Shown here piece after piece: positions 1 to 10,265 of a DNA stretch of 64,000 bases. The notes beneath the pieces were generated by a model. It had not been told where the DNA came from and searched no databases. It saw only the letters and a list, made by a program, of their open reading frames with translations. Origin of the DNA: Nitrosopumilaceae archaeon (GTDB lineage: Archaea; Thermoproteota; Nitrososphaeria; Nitrososphaerales; Nitrosopumilaceae); assembly GCA_965207375.1 (NCBI GenBank), contig OZ242274.1, positions 1,600,001 through 1,664,000 of the forward strand. Direction: 5' to 3'. Made by a program: the position numbers and the translations under genes. Each line of letters opens with the position of its first letter. Position 1 is the stretch's first letter.

Positions 1-156
1 AAGATCAACATTACTGGACCTGTGCAAAATGAACGTCAAAAGTTAGAATTGATGGCACAATCAGTAGGTATTGATCCTACAGGAAAAAACACAGCGCAAT
101 TACGTGTGGCAGTCAATGAAAAAATAGGCCAAAAACGAATCAATGAAGAAACGTAA
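1..156 (+). CDS. 3' end of a hypothetical protein (partial, enters from the left edge)
   Basis: Frame 1 open from base 1 (KINITGPVQNERQKLELMAQSVG...INEET) to TAA at 154-156. Confidence 0.6.
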   Translation, partial: KINITGPVQNERQKLELMAQSVGIDPTGKNTAQLRVAVNEKIGQKRINEET

Positions 157-266
157 CTGTCATGTTTGTATGAATTAATTTTCATATATTTTTTACAAAC
201 AGCCAATGTAGTAAATAGATATAATGACAAAAAGAGTGGACATAATGTCCAATTTTGACAACAGTC

Positions 267-461
267 CTACTGATAGTCCATCTTACTTTTGATCTTATTT
301 ACTAGTGCAAATTCTTCTTTGAGATGTTTTGCAAGTAATTTTTCGTGGTCTTTTTTGTGTTTCCAGTAGATATTCAAAACCTCTTGTCTGGTTTTTGCAC
401 GATTCAAAGCTGTTTTGAATTTTTTGTGGGATTCAGCTACTTGTGATGTATAACTTGTCAT
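267..461 (-). CDS. small basic helical hypothetical protein
   Basis: 64-aa ORF with ATG start and plausible amphipathic composition; AT-rich promoter-like region upstream. Confidence 0.7.
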   Translation of the reverse strand: MTSYTSQVAESHKKFKTALNRAKTRQEVLNIYWKHKKDHEKLLAKHLKEEFALVNKIKSKMDYQ

Positions 462-633
462 GTATTAGTAACATAAATTAGAATAGATAACTTTAGAAAG
501 TGAGTATATTTGCACATTTGTGTGATTTAGATTGACCATTTACCTCTAGACCTAGGGGAGGGTATACAATAGGACCCATGCAGATCGGCTACCTCTACCA
601 AATCATAAATTAACAAGACAGTACGTTTTTGTA

Positions 634-3135
634 TTGAGATATTTCTGTCCAAACTGCAAATCAAGACTAGATTTTCATAAAACATTCAACAAACAAATTA
701 TGATTTCATGTACATGCGGCATTAAAACACTGTTAAATTATGCAAAAAACTCAGACGAGGTATATCTGGAATTTCTAACCTTATATGATGAGGGGAAAAT
801 TTCACCTCAAAACCTGCAAAAGTCACAAATGGCTGACATAGTTCGAGACCCAAAAGAAATTAAAAAACTAATTGGTAAATTCACACCTGGTGCAATAACT
901 AGTTCTGTACTTTACTCCCAACTTGATTATATTTCACATTATACAGTAATAAAAAACCCGCAGCCAAAAATGGGATGTAAAACCGATGAGTTAATTTTTG
1001 ATAAAAAACTATTAGAGTCACTTGAAAAAAAGGGCATTGTACAATTTTACAAGTTTCAAGAAGATGCAATTTGTCAAATCACATATGGAGAAAATATTGT
1101 AATTGAGGCCCCTACAGCATCAGGAAAAACAGAGGCATTTACAATTCCGGTAATTCAATGGATTAAAAATGAAAATATTTCTGCAAGTGTGGCTGCAATT
1201 TTTATTTATCCAACAAAGGCACTAGCCAGGGATCAATACCCGAAAATTTACGAGCTTGCAGAAAAGCTAGGAATTACAGTCAAGGTGTTTGATGGCGATA
1301 CAACTCAAAATGAGCGGAATAAAATCTTAATAGAGCCACCACAGATTATAATCACAAATTTTGATGTCATTCATTATCATTTATGGCACCAGACAAAATT
1401 TGCATCACTGCTATCTACAGTAAAGTTTGTAATAGTAGATGAGGTTCATGTGTATTCTGGAATATTTGGTTCAAATGTACACTATATCCTAAAGCGACTA
1501 GACCGCATTGCAAAAAATGTACAGTTTGTTGCAGCTTCTGCAACTTTAGAGAATGCAGAATCTTTTTGCAGCAAGCTGTTTGGAACAAAAATGAAACTCG
1601 TTTGCGGTCAAGGAAAAAAAGGAACAACTGACTTTGTGATGATCTTTCCATCACTTAGAACTCAACGTGCCCTAATGGTTGATCTTGTCAAAAAGCTAAC
1701 AAGAAAAAAACACAAGACCATGGTGTTTAACAACTCTCATCGGAATTCTGAACTGCTAGCTATACAGGCAAAAAAGCAAAAGGTAAACATTAGAGTACAC
1801 AGGGCAGGATTGATGGCAAATTATAGAAGATTTGTAGAAAAGGCATTCAAAGAAGACAAATTAGAGGCAATCTCATGTACTCCTACGCTAGAGTTGGGCA
1901 TTGATATAGGCAATGTGGATGCAGTGATATCTGCTACCATACCTGTAAACCGGTTATTTCAAAGAATGGGCAGAGCTGCTAGACAGGGACAAAACGGATA
2001 CGCATTTTTGGCACTAGGCAATGATCCAATATCGCAATACTACAAAAATCATCCAAAAGACTATTTTGAGGATATAGAAAAAACATACATTGATCCAAAA
2101 AATCCGTTTGTTGAAGAATGTCAAGTCTTGGCAATGGCCTGCGATATGCCGTTATCAAAACATGAACTAAAGGAACACTCTGAAACTATAAACAAACACC
2201 TCAAAGAAAAAAACCTTACACAAATTGAAAACAGATACGTTCCAAATTATGATAACATAAACTCTATACTAGCAAATTATAGTATACGCGGAATCGGAAA
2301 ATCAATAGATATCTTTTTGGGCGCAAAAAAGGTAGGGGACCGGATACTACCAATTGCCCTAGAGGAGCTACATCCGGATGCAATTTATTTTCTGGGAGGC
2401 GTTAGATACAGGGTCAAAAATCTAAACTATCCCAAGAAAAACTTTGCAACACTAGAAAAAATTCCAAAGGATTATCCGTATTATACCAAGGCATTAACAG
2501 AGGAATGGCCCACAATTCAAAGGGTATATGAGAAAAGGACGGCATATGGAATTGAGATTGCCTTTTGCAAACTATACATAAAAAAGCAGGTAATCGGATA
2601 CGTAAACATAGAATTGGGACAAGAAGCAATACAGGGCCAAAAAACCCTTTTAGATAATCCCTTAGAATATGACTTTGTAACAAAAGGAATGGTTTTTCAT
2701 GCACCAAGGCCCATTGATGTATTGTATCAGGCAGAAAACCCAGACCATGCAGAGGCAAGCGGATACCATGCAGCAGAGCACGTAATTATTGAGGGAAGCA
2801 ACACAATTACTGGAGGTGTATCTCAGGATTTGGGAGGAATTTCTATGGGTACATCAGGGCTGATTTTTGTATACGACGGTGCAATAGGCGGCAGTGGGGC
2901 AAGTAAGGCACTATATGACAGATTTGAAAAGGCCATAAAGCGAAGTCTTTGTATCATACAGGAATGTCCGTGTAAAGGTGAATCAGGATGTCCTAGATGC
3001 ACATATTCGTACAGATGTGGAAACAACAATGAATATTTGCACAAAAATAGTGCACTAGAGGTGTTTCAGAGAATGATACAAGGTGAAAATACTACAATAA
3101 CTGAACCAACTAAACAGGACAGGCCTCTAGTATGA
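634..3135 (+). CDS. DEAD/DEAH-box SF2 helicase with C-terminal DUF1998 Zn-binding domain (Hrq1/MrfA-like)
   Basis: Walker A APTASGKT, DEVH, SAT, TPTLELGIDIG, QRMGRAAR; C-terminal CPC...GCPRC...C. Confidence 0.92.
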   Translation: MRYFCPNCKSRLDFHKTFNKQIMISCTCGIKTLLNYAKNSDEVYLEFLTLYDEGKISPQNLQKSQMADIVRDPKEIKKLIGKFTPGAITSSVLYSQLDYISHYTVIKNPQPKMGCKTDELIFDKKLLESLEKKGIVQFYKFQEDAICQITYGENIVIEAPTASGKTEAFTIPVIQWIKNENISASVAAIFIYPTKALARDQYPKIYELAEKLGITVKVFDGDTTQNERNKILIEPPQIIITNFDVIHYHLWHQTKFASLLSTVKFVIVDEVHVYSGIFGSNVHYILKRLDRIAKNVQFVAASATLENAESFCSKLFGTKMKLVCGQGKKGTTDFVMIFPSLRTQRALMVDLVKKLTRKKHKTMVFNNSHRNSELLAIQAKKQKVNIRVHRAGLMANYRRFVEKAFKEDKLEAISCTPTLELGIDIGNVDAVISATIPVNRLFQRMGRAARQGQNGYAFLALGNDPISQYYKNHPKDYFEDIEKTYIDPKNPFVEECQVLAMACDMPLSKHELKEHSETINKHLKEKNLTQIENRYVPNYDNINSILANYSIRGIGKSIDIFLGAKKVGDRILPIALEELHPDAIYFLGGVRYRVKNLNYPKKNFATLEKIPKDYPYYTKALTEEWPTIQRVYEKRTAYGIEIAFCKLYIKKQVIGYVNIELGQEAIQGQKTLLDNPLEYDFVTKGMVFHAPRPIDVLYQAENPDHAEASGYHAAEHVIIEGSNTITGGVSQDLGGISMGTSGLIFVYDGAIGGSGASKALYDRFEKAIKRSLCIIQECPCKGESGCPRCTYSYRCGNNNEYLHKNSALEVFQRMIQGENTTITEPTKQDRPLV

Positions 3136-4412
3136 TTGTACCCTTATTGTTAGTTTGCATTCTGTTCTTGCCGCCTGTTTTTGCAGAATCTGATTTTGAA
3201 ATCAAAACGATTGCAGAAAACATGCAAATTCCATGGTCAATTGATTTTGCATCTGATGGGAGAATATTTTTTACAGAAAGAGGGGGCACAATAAGAGTAA
3301 TCGAGGATGGCAAGCTAATTTCTGAGCCTGTAAAAAAATTAAATGTAGGTTTCGTTGAGGGCGGACTGTTAGGTATTGCATTGGATCCAAACTTTGAGGA
3401 CAACCATCACATCTATGTCTATTACACGTATACTGATTTTTTATCCACATACAACAAAGTAGTAAGATTTACAGAGACAGATAATACACTTGCCAACGAA
3501 TTTGTTTTAATTGACAAGATTCCTGGAGGTCCAATACATGATGGGGGCAGGATAAAGTTTGCACAAGACAAAACGCTATACATAACAACTGGGGATGCAG
3601 GCAATCCAAGCCTTGCACAAGATCTTGATTCATTGGCAGGAAAAATTCTCCGAATAAATTCTGATGGAAGCATTCCAAAAGATAATCCGTTTGAAGATTC
3701 ACCAGTGTTTTCACTAGGACATAGAAATCCTCAAGGGCTAGATTGGCATTCTGATACAAAAAATCTGGTAATTTCAGAACACGGACCTTCAGGAGAGCAA
3801 GGTTTTGCCCATGATGAAATCAACGTCATATATGCTGGAAGAAATTACGGGTGGCCAAAAATTGTAGGGGATCAGATAAAAGAAAACATGGAAAATCCTC
3901 TACTGCACAGCGGGACATACACATGGGCACCATCTGGTGCAGCATTTTATGATTCAGATAAAATACCTGAATTTTCAGGCAAATTTTTGGTTGCAACACT
4001 TGCAGCAAAACACATCATGGCAATTTCGATGGATTTGGAAAACAACGAGATAAAGGACACAAAACAGTATTTTCTTGGAGATTACGGCAGGTTACGAGAT
4101 GTGGCAGTAGATGATCACGGTAATATCTATATTTTAACTAGCAACAGGGACGGACGTGGAAATCCTACCCTCAATGATGACAGGATTTTAAAATTAAGCC
4201 CAAGCCAAGATGCTGACAAAGACATACTCATAGACCCATCTATAAAAAAACAATTAGAAAGTATCTCAAATGAGGTAAAATGCAATCCTGGATTGAGTCT
4301 GATTTTCAAAGATATCGTCTTGAGTCCTGCTTGTGTGAAACCTGAATCCATACAAGAGTTAATCGATAGGGGTTGGGCTGTAGATTATATACCAAAGGCA
4401 TACTCAGAATAA
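3132..4412 (+). CDS. PQQ-dependent soluble sugar (aldose/glucose-sorbosone) dehydrogenase, secreted
   Basis: Signal peptide; motifs EGGLLGIALDPNF, HDGGRIKF, GHRNPQGL, DEIN, NYGWP, GRLRDV. Confidence 0.9.
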   Translation: MIVPLLLVCILFLPPVFAESDFEIKTIAENMQIPWSIDFASDGRIFFTERGGTIRVIEDGKLISEPVKKLNVGFVEGGLLGIALDPNFEDNHHIYVYYTYTDFLSTYNKVVRFTETDNTLANEFVLIDKIPGGPIHDGGRIKFAQDKTLYITTGDAGNPSLAQDLDSLAGKILRINSDGSIPKDNPFEDSPVFSLGHRNPQGLDWHSDTKNLVISEHGPSGEQGFAHDEINVIYAGRNYGWPKIVGDQIKENMENPLLHSGTYTWAPSGAAFYDSDKIPEFSGKFLVATLAAKHIMAISMDLENNEIKDTKQYFLGDYGRLRDVAVDDHGNIYILTSNRDGRGNPTLNDDRILKLSPSQDADKDILIDPSIKKQLESISNEVKCNPGLSLIFKDIVLSPACVKPESIQELIDRGWAVDYIPKAYSE

Positions 4413-4453
4413 CTAGGACACAAGATATTAGGAGCAAAATTTGTGATATTATT

Positions 4454-5284
4454 ATGGAAAAGGTCGCACTGGTAACTGGAAGCTCTAGTGGTATCGGATA
4501 CGAAACCACACTTGCATTGGCAAGGGATGGTTATCATACGTTTGCAGGTGTAAGAAGTATCTCAAAGGGCGACACATTACAGCATGCTGCAAAGGCAGAA
4601 AAGCTGCATTTAGAAATTATAGAATTAGATGTAGATGACGAAAATTTGATTGTATCTGCAATTAAAAAAATCATGACAGATACAGGAAGGCTAGATGTTT
4701 TGGTAAACAATGCAGGGTATGGTCAGTTTGGATGTACCGAGGATGTAACGGTAGCAGAGTTTAAAAAACAATTTGATACTAATTTTTTCAGCATCATTAG
4801 AATTATCCAAGAGGTAGCCCCCATAATGAGAAAGCAGTCCTCTGGAATCATTGTCAATATAAGTTCGGTGGTGGGTAGGATGGGACTGCCATGCTCGCCT
4901 GCATATATCAGTACAAAGTTTGCCCTAGAGGGATTAAGTGAATGTTTGAGATATGAACTAGGTCAATTTGGAATAAAGGTTACTCTAATTGAGCCCGGAG
5001 TTATCAAGACGAACTTTTTTGATTCGATGAAGGTTCCAAAATCAAATGCAGATCCAAAATACAAACAGCTAACCGATAATATCTTGTCAGGATTAAATCT
5101 AATGGTGGAGATGGGCACTGTACCCTCAGAGGTGGCAAGGATAATAATGAATGCAATTAGCGATGAGCCCATACTGCCAAGATATACCGCAGGTGCAGAT
5201 GCTGCAATGTTTATGGAGGCAAAAAAGATGAAAACGGATGTAGAGTTTGAAAAATACATGTCAAAAGAGCTGTTTCCAAAATAG
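4454..5284 (+). CDS. short-chain dehydrogenase/reductase (SDR)
   Basis: TGSSSGIG, VNNAGYG, YxxxK (YISTK); start moved to ATG 4454 (MEKVALVTG). Confidence 0.93.
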   Translation: MEKVALVTGSSSGIGYETTLALARDGYHTFAGVRSISKGDTLQHAAKAEKLHLEIIELDVDDENLIVSAIKKIMTDTGRLDVLVNNAGYGQFGCTEDVTVAEFKKQFDTNFFSIIRIIQEVAPIMRKQSSGIIVNISSVVGRMGLPCSPAYISTKFALEGLSECLRYELGQFGIKVTLIEPGVIKTNFFDSMKVPKSNADPKYKQLTDNILSGLNLMVEMGTVPSEVARIIMNAISDEPILPRYTAGADAAMFMEAKKMKTDVEFEKYMSKELFPK

Positions 5285-5503
5285 TAACTCGTCTACGATA
5301 CCAAAATTATTGTCAAGATGATTTTTTTACATTAACTGTCTAAATCCAAGTCTTTGTCAAGATTGCACATAGATACTAAAGATACGGTTTTATTATATCT
5401 GATGTTTTAATACGAGTACAATGCAGGGCATATTGACTTTGGTAATAATTTCTGCTGTCAGATATATTTTCTAGACAACTTTAGAAAGTCTATATGCTAC
5501 AAA

Positions 5504-6262
5504 TTATTTCATCATGTTTGCAATTTTGGTCAATACCTTTTGGGCTACATCATCAATCAAAGGCACGCTTGGCATCAAATATTGCAGGTCCCTTTTCCAG
5601 TTATCTTTCATCATGGTTATTCCTTTCTTTAATTTTTCAAAATCAAATTGCTCACCATAAAGAGCCAATTTTGAATTAATTAAATTTGGATCAATGACTA
5701 TTCTTCCCGATTAGATACCACATATCATACAGATGTCGTGGTCTATGTGCATATGTTATGACACGTACCTTCTCAGCCACTATTTCCTTCAGGGTCATAG
5801 TTGGAATGTAAAAGACGCTTGGTTCAAGGTTATCATAAAAATGAATAATTTGTCGATTTTCTTTACCGCCCAAAACATTTTCTCGTATGCTTAGGTCTAT
5901 CTTCACACTATTTGGGTATCCATTAAAATCATTATATTTAACAGAAAATCCCCTACTTTGCGCAACTGTCTTTTCCTCTTTTACCTCTGTAAAGTTTACT
6001 TGTTTATTGGCAATCTCTTTGATTAACAAATCATAAAGGTCACTTGAGATATCTTCACTGCACGTAAAGTCAAGATCCTCTGAAAACCTTGTTTCTGCAA
6101 AATACGCTTTCTTCAAGGCCGTACCTCCTTTGAAGACAACTTTGTTATTCCCATCAACTCTAGATATTATTGACAGTATGATTGTAAGTGCAAAATCTTT
6201 TTCCAAGGTACCTGCAGGAACTCTATATTTGCCTGCAAGAATTTTTATTTCATCGCCTTTTA
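5504..6262 (-). pseudogene. abiEii: AbiEii-family nucleotidyltransferase toxin (type IV TA), frameshifted
   Basis: LEKDF, FKGGTAL, RFSEDLDF, AEKV, HLYD motifs. The main frame stops at 5691, but the expected C-terminus (IVIDPNLINSKL...WKRDLQYLMP...ANMMK*) continues in another frame to 5504. No ATG at the expected 5' end. Confidence 0.8.
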
Positions 6263-7078
6263 GTGTTCCATCAAGTCTTTTAGCTGATTTTCTGTTCTAT
6301 TGATGATTAAACCAAAATCTTTCGAATATGCATATCTGTTCTTTACCGTTCCAGGATCAAGATAATGATATCCTTTGAAGGTATTTTTTTTGATTTTATC
6401 TACAATGTCACGTTTTATTTCAAGAAACGATAAAAGATAACCTAATCTTCTTAACACTACATTTACTCCAACATCACTTGCATGTTTTAGAACAACATCC
6501 CAGTTCACATCGTTTTCATCCCTGCAATTCCAGAGTGCCTTTGCTACTTCGATAATTCCACCACAATACTCTGGATGCATCAGTCCATCTATCAGAGTTT
6601 TTTCCTTTGATGATATGTTGAATTTAACATCTCCGGCTTTTTGCTCTACATATCCAAAAAACTTTTTCTTTGATAATGTTACAAATTCATACCTTTGATT
6701 TCCAAACTCCAAATTGCGTTTTCTTTTTGTTGTTGCCACAAATACTGTCAGGGGAATTTGCTCTGTCATGTCCCAGAAATTCATTGCAGTCCAAAAGGCA
6801 ACATAGTATACATCAATAATATGGGGCACAATTATCCCTGGATACTCTGTCCAATACTTTTCATATCCTGCCCTTGCAGGAACTAAAAGATACTTTCCTC
6901 TCTCAATCCTTTGTATGCATTTTTTGCGGGTCAGCTTTATTAGGATATTTTTTACCGAAGGAATGCTGGTTTTGAGAATTTTTTGTGCGTCTTTAAAGGT
7001 AAAGACCTCCATTTTGTCCTTTTCTAGCGTTAAGAGAAGTCGGTTCTCCCTGTCTCCCAAGATTAGATTTTGTGTCAT
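6260..7078 (-). CDS. abiEi: AbiEi-family antitoxin / transcriptional regulator (type IV TA)
   Basis: N-terminal wHTH (RIERGKYLL), YYVAFWTAMNFWDMTEQIP, SSKEKTLID, RRLGYLL; directly upstream of abiEii. Confidence 0.88.
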   Translation of the reverse strand: MTQNLILGDRENRLLLTLEKDKMEVFTFKDAQKILKTSIPSVKNILIKLTRKKCIQRIERGKYLLVPARAGYEKYWTEYPGIIVPHIIDVYYVAFWTAMNFWDMTEQIPLTVFVATTKRKRNLEFGNQRYEFVTLSKKKFFGYVEQKAGDVKFNISSKEKTLIDGLMHPEYCGGIIEVAKALWNCRDENDVNWDVVLKHASDVGVNVVLRRLGYLLSFLEIKRDIVDKIKKNTFKGYHYLDPGTVKNRYAYSKDFGLIINRTENQLKDLMEH

Positions 7079-7137
7079 ACAGGTCTCCTACTAAGAGACA
7101 TTTGTTACATGAAATATATAAATATTATAAGATGTAT

Positions 7138-7212
7138 AATTCGGAATTAGATTTGGGCACGGATTTTTGCTCTTGTTAGACGTGGTTTTCTAATTAAGAA
7201 TCACCTCTCGGA
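7138..7212. repeat. short palindromic dispersed repeat (family D), copy 1
   Basis: Aligns by eye with 55451-55526; ends GAATTAGA...TCTAATTA form an inverted repeat. Confidence 0.6.
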
Positions 7213-7528
7213 TTTCGTTCTACAAGAAACAATGCAAACAAACACAAAATCGTAAAATTGAAGGTATCTATGGAACCTTGTTTTGTCAGACTAGACGTTT
7301 CACAAAAAGACCATTCAAGTATCTATAAGAGATGCAGACTGCAATGAACTAGCCAACAAAAAGATACAAAACAATCCATATGACCTCAAGTACAACCTCA
7401 GATATCTGAGAATTGATTCATAATTGGCTAATTTTTGTAATTGATCGGTCTGTGGAAGCATCAATTTAGTGGGGTAAGAGTCATGTGTAGAATCATTAGG
7501 TAAGAACCTGTGCGTGTCATCTGACTTT

Positions 7529-8563
7529 TGTATTATATCAAAAGTCGGTCCGCTAATCATCAGTATCCTTCTCCATCCATTTTGGGTCACTTTTTCTGAT
7601 CGCATCAGGTACTTTTTTGTTTCTAAACGCCTGCAATGGAACCTCACAGTGCTCAATGTCCAGTGAAAAGTGCAGTCTGCGCTCATTGTAATAATCAACA
7701 TACTCTCTCAGATTTTCATAATGCCATATTTCCTCATCTATGCTGCGGTGGAATCGTTCCAGCTTGCCGTTGGTCTGTGGATGATACGGACTAGTGTTTA
7801 TCAGTATGATGTCTCTTTGTAAGAGCTCCTCCTCAAAGAGGGTAGGAGTCCACGTTTTCTTTTTCTTTCTACCGCTTCGTCCTACAAAACACGCACCGTT
7901 ATCAGATAGTATGGATGCAGGTGCGCCAAACCGCTTTATTGCAAGTCTTAGTGCCAGTACGGCATTCTCAGATGTTGCATGTTGAAACAGTGCAGCACCT
8001 GTTATACATCTTGAGGCATCATCAAGATATGTGACTAGATTCGTGCCTGTAAAGCGTGGATCTTTCATTTCATGCCAGTCCACATGCCACATGGCGTTTG
8101 CATATTTTCGCTCAAAGCGGACGTATTTTCGCTTTTTTGATTTTGCATCAGATGATATTATCATGCCGTTTTTTTTCATAATACGGTATACGGTACGATA
8201 GCTAATATCATAATTGTCCTGTAGTCTTTTTGCAGTACGCAGTACCCCTACAGGTTCATTCTTGTAGGCCTCAGTTACTAGACGTATTTGTGTAGATGTA
8301 ATTCCAATGTGTGGTCTACCTATTTTCACGTGAGTTGTTCCAGTAGCCTGAGCTCTGGCCCATAGTCTTCTTACGTGCCTTTCAGTAATTCCAAGATCCT
8401 GGGCTATCTGGGATGACTTTATTCCCTTTTTGCGCTGTCTAATTATGTATTGTCTGGATTCCTCTGTCAGTCTTTTTGCCATGGGTTTTCTTGATCGATG
8501 CAGTCTGAAATAATCAGCGATCGTCCTCCTGATCCTAGGCGGACTGACTTTTCGTACAATAGA
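7529..8563 (-). mobile_element. complete IS481-family insertion sequence with 15-bp target-site duplication
   Basis: Imperfect 25-bp terminal IRs TGTATTATATCAAAAGTCGGTCCGC / rc TCTATTGTACGAAAAGTCAGTCCGC; direct repeat GTGTCATCTGACTTT at 7514-7528 and 8564-8578. Confidence 0.9.
7553..8482 (-). CDS. IS481-family DDE transposase (HTH + rve integrase core)
   Basis: WHVDW, LDDASR, ILSDNG, PYHPQTNGKLERFH, YYNERRLHFSL. Confidence 0.93.
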   Translation of the reverse strand: MAKRLTEESRQYIIRQRKKGIKSSQIAQDLGITERHVRRLWARAQATGTTHVKIGRPHIGITSTQIRLVTEAYKNEPVGVLRTAKRLQDNYDISYRTVYRIMKKNGMIISSDAKSKKRKYVRFERKYANAMWHVDWHEMKDPRFTGTNLVTYLDDASRCITGAALFQHATSENAVLALRLAIKRFGAPASILSDNGACFVGRSGRKKKKTWTPTLFEEELLQRDIILINTSPYHPQTNGKLERFHRSIDEEIWHYENLREYVDYYNERRLHFSLDIEHCEVPLQAFRNKKVPDAIRKSDPKWMEKDTDD

Positions 8564-8636
8564 GTGTCATCTGACTTTCGTTAAATTGATATACGTAGTA
8601 CAATGAATTTTATCAAATTTCTAGAGATGAGAAGGG

Positions 8637-10205
8637 ATGGGAAAATGGAAAACATTACAACACAACGGCATACTATTTCCACCCGCATACGAATCTCAGG
8701 GGTTTTCCATCAAAATTCAAGGCAAAAAGGTTTCTCTAAGCATCGATCAAGAAGAGATGATATACCAATGGGCCAAAAAAAAGGATACCCCATATGCGCA
8801 AGACAAGACATTTCAAAAAAATTTCACTGCAGATTTTGTAAAAACGCTAGATTCAGAATTTAAAAAAACTAGATACACTGATATTGATTTTTCTGCTGCC
8901 TACAAAATTGTAGACAAAGAAAAAGCTGCCAAAGAAAATATGGGCAAGGAAGAGAAAAAATCACTTGCCGCTAAAAGAAAGGAGATGCGAGAGCAACTAA
9001 AAGAAAAATATGGTAGGGCCATCATGGATGGAAATGCAGTCGAGGTAGCAAATTACATGGCAGAGCCTCCAGGAATCTTTATCGGTAGAGGGGCGCACCC
9101 ACTTCGAGGAAAATGGAAGAGGCGCGTAACTGCAAAAGATGTTACACTAAACCTAGGAAAAGATGCAACGGTACCAGAAGGAGATTGGGGCAAAATCATT
9201 TACGATACTAGTTCAATGTGGCTTGCAAGCTGGATGGATGATTTGACGCAAAAACGAAAGTATGTTTGGCTAGCAGATACTGCAGGACTAAAACAGGAAA
9301 GAGACAAGGCAAAATATGAAAAGGCCGTTATTCTTGCAAAAAAGATTGATAAAATTAAAAACAATATTGTAAAGGACATGCAAAGCAAAGATCCCGAACA
9401 AAGTAGAATTGCAACTGTGTGTTACTTGATTTACAGAACTGCAATGAGGGTAGGAGATGAAAAGGATCCGGACGAGGCAGATACTGTAGGTGCTACAACT
9501 TTAAGAAAAGAACATGTAACAATCACAAAAGATGCAATAGAATTTGACTTTTTAGGAAAGGACAGCGTACGATGGAAGGAAAAGATGTCCATAATAGGAC
9601 ACGACAAGCAGTTTAGAGACAATTTGAAAAAACTAATACAAAGCAAAAAACCATCTGATGAGATTTTTGATTCGATTACATCGCGCCATGTCAATGCATA
9701 TTATTCAAGTATTGTAAAGGGGTTATCTGCCAAGGTATTTAGGACATATTTGGCTACCACTGTTGTCAAAAAATACCTAAAAGAACATGACAATATCAAA
9801 TCAAAATCCCCCAATACCAAACTTTATCATGCAAAACTTGCAAATCTAGAGGCTGCAAAAATGTGCAATCATAAACGCACTATACCAAAAACCTTCAAGA
9901 CATCACTAGAAAAGAAACGAAATACCCTAAAAAAAGCAAAAACCGTAAAGCCCAAAACCGAAAAGCAAAAGGAACGCAAAAAAGAAAGAATTGAAAAACT
10001 CAAGCTTCAAATAGATTTGGCTGAAAAAACAAAGGATTACAACTTGGGTACATCATTGAGAAATTATATAGATCCAAGGGTGGTAAAGGCATGGACTGAT
10101 TCTATGGATGCACAATGGAACAAACTATACACTGCAGCGCTACAAAAAAAATTCCTCTGGGTGCACAAGGAAAAACTCAATTGGAAAAAAATAGCAGCCA
10201 ACTAG
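8637..10205 (+). CDS. top1B: DNA topoisomerase IB (eukaryote-like, Nitrososphaerota hallmark)
   Basis: KWKTLQHNG, EPPGIFIGRGAHPLRGKWK, MRVGDEKD, FDFLGKDS, KVFRTY, CNH, GTSLRNYIDPR (catalytic Tyr). Confidence 0.96.
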   Translation: MGKWKTLQHNGILFPPAYESQGFSIKIQGKKVSLSIDQEEMIYQWAKKKDTPYAQDKTFQKNFTADFVKTLDSEFKKTRYTDIDFSAAYKIVDKEKAAKENMGKEEKKSLAAKRKEMREQLKEKYGRAIMDGNAVEVANYMAEPPGIFIGRGAHPLRGKWKRRVTAKDVTLNLGKDATVPEGDWGKIIYDTSSMWLASWMDDLTQKRKYVWLADTAGLKQERDKAKYEKAVILAKKIDKIKNNIVKDMQSKDPEQSRIATVCYLIYRTAMRVGDEKDPDEADTVGATTLRKEHVTITKDAIEFDFLGKDSVRWKEKMSIIGHDKQFRDNLKKLIQSKKPSDEIFDSITSRHVNAYYSSIVKGLSAKVFRTYLATTVVKKYLKEHDNIKSKSPNTKLYHAKLANLEAAKMCNHKRTIPKTFKTSLEKKRNTLKKAKTVKPKTEKQKERKKERIEKLKLQIDLAEKTKDYNLGTSLRNYIDPRVVKAWTDSMDAQWNKLYTAALQKKFLWVHKEKLNWKKIAAN

Positions 10206-10265
10206 GCATCTCAATTTTTGCCCATACGAATGATTTAATTTCCTATTAAAACACATATTTTTTGT

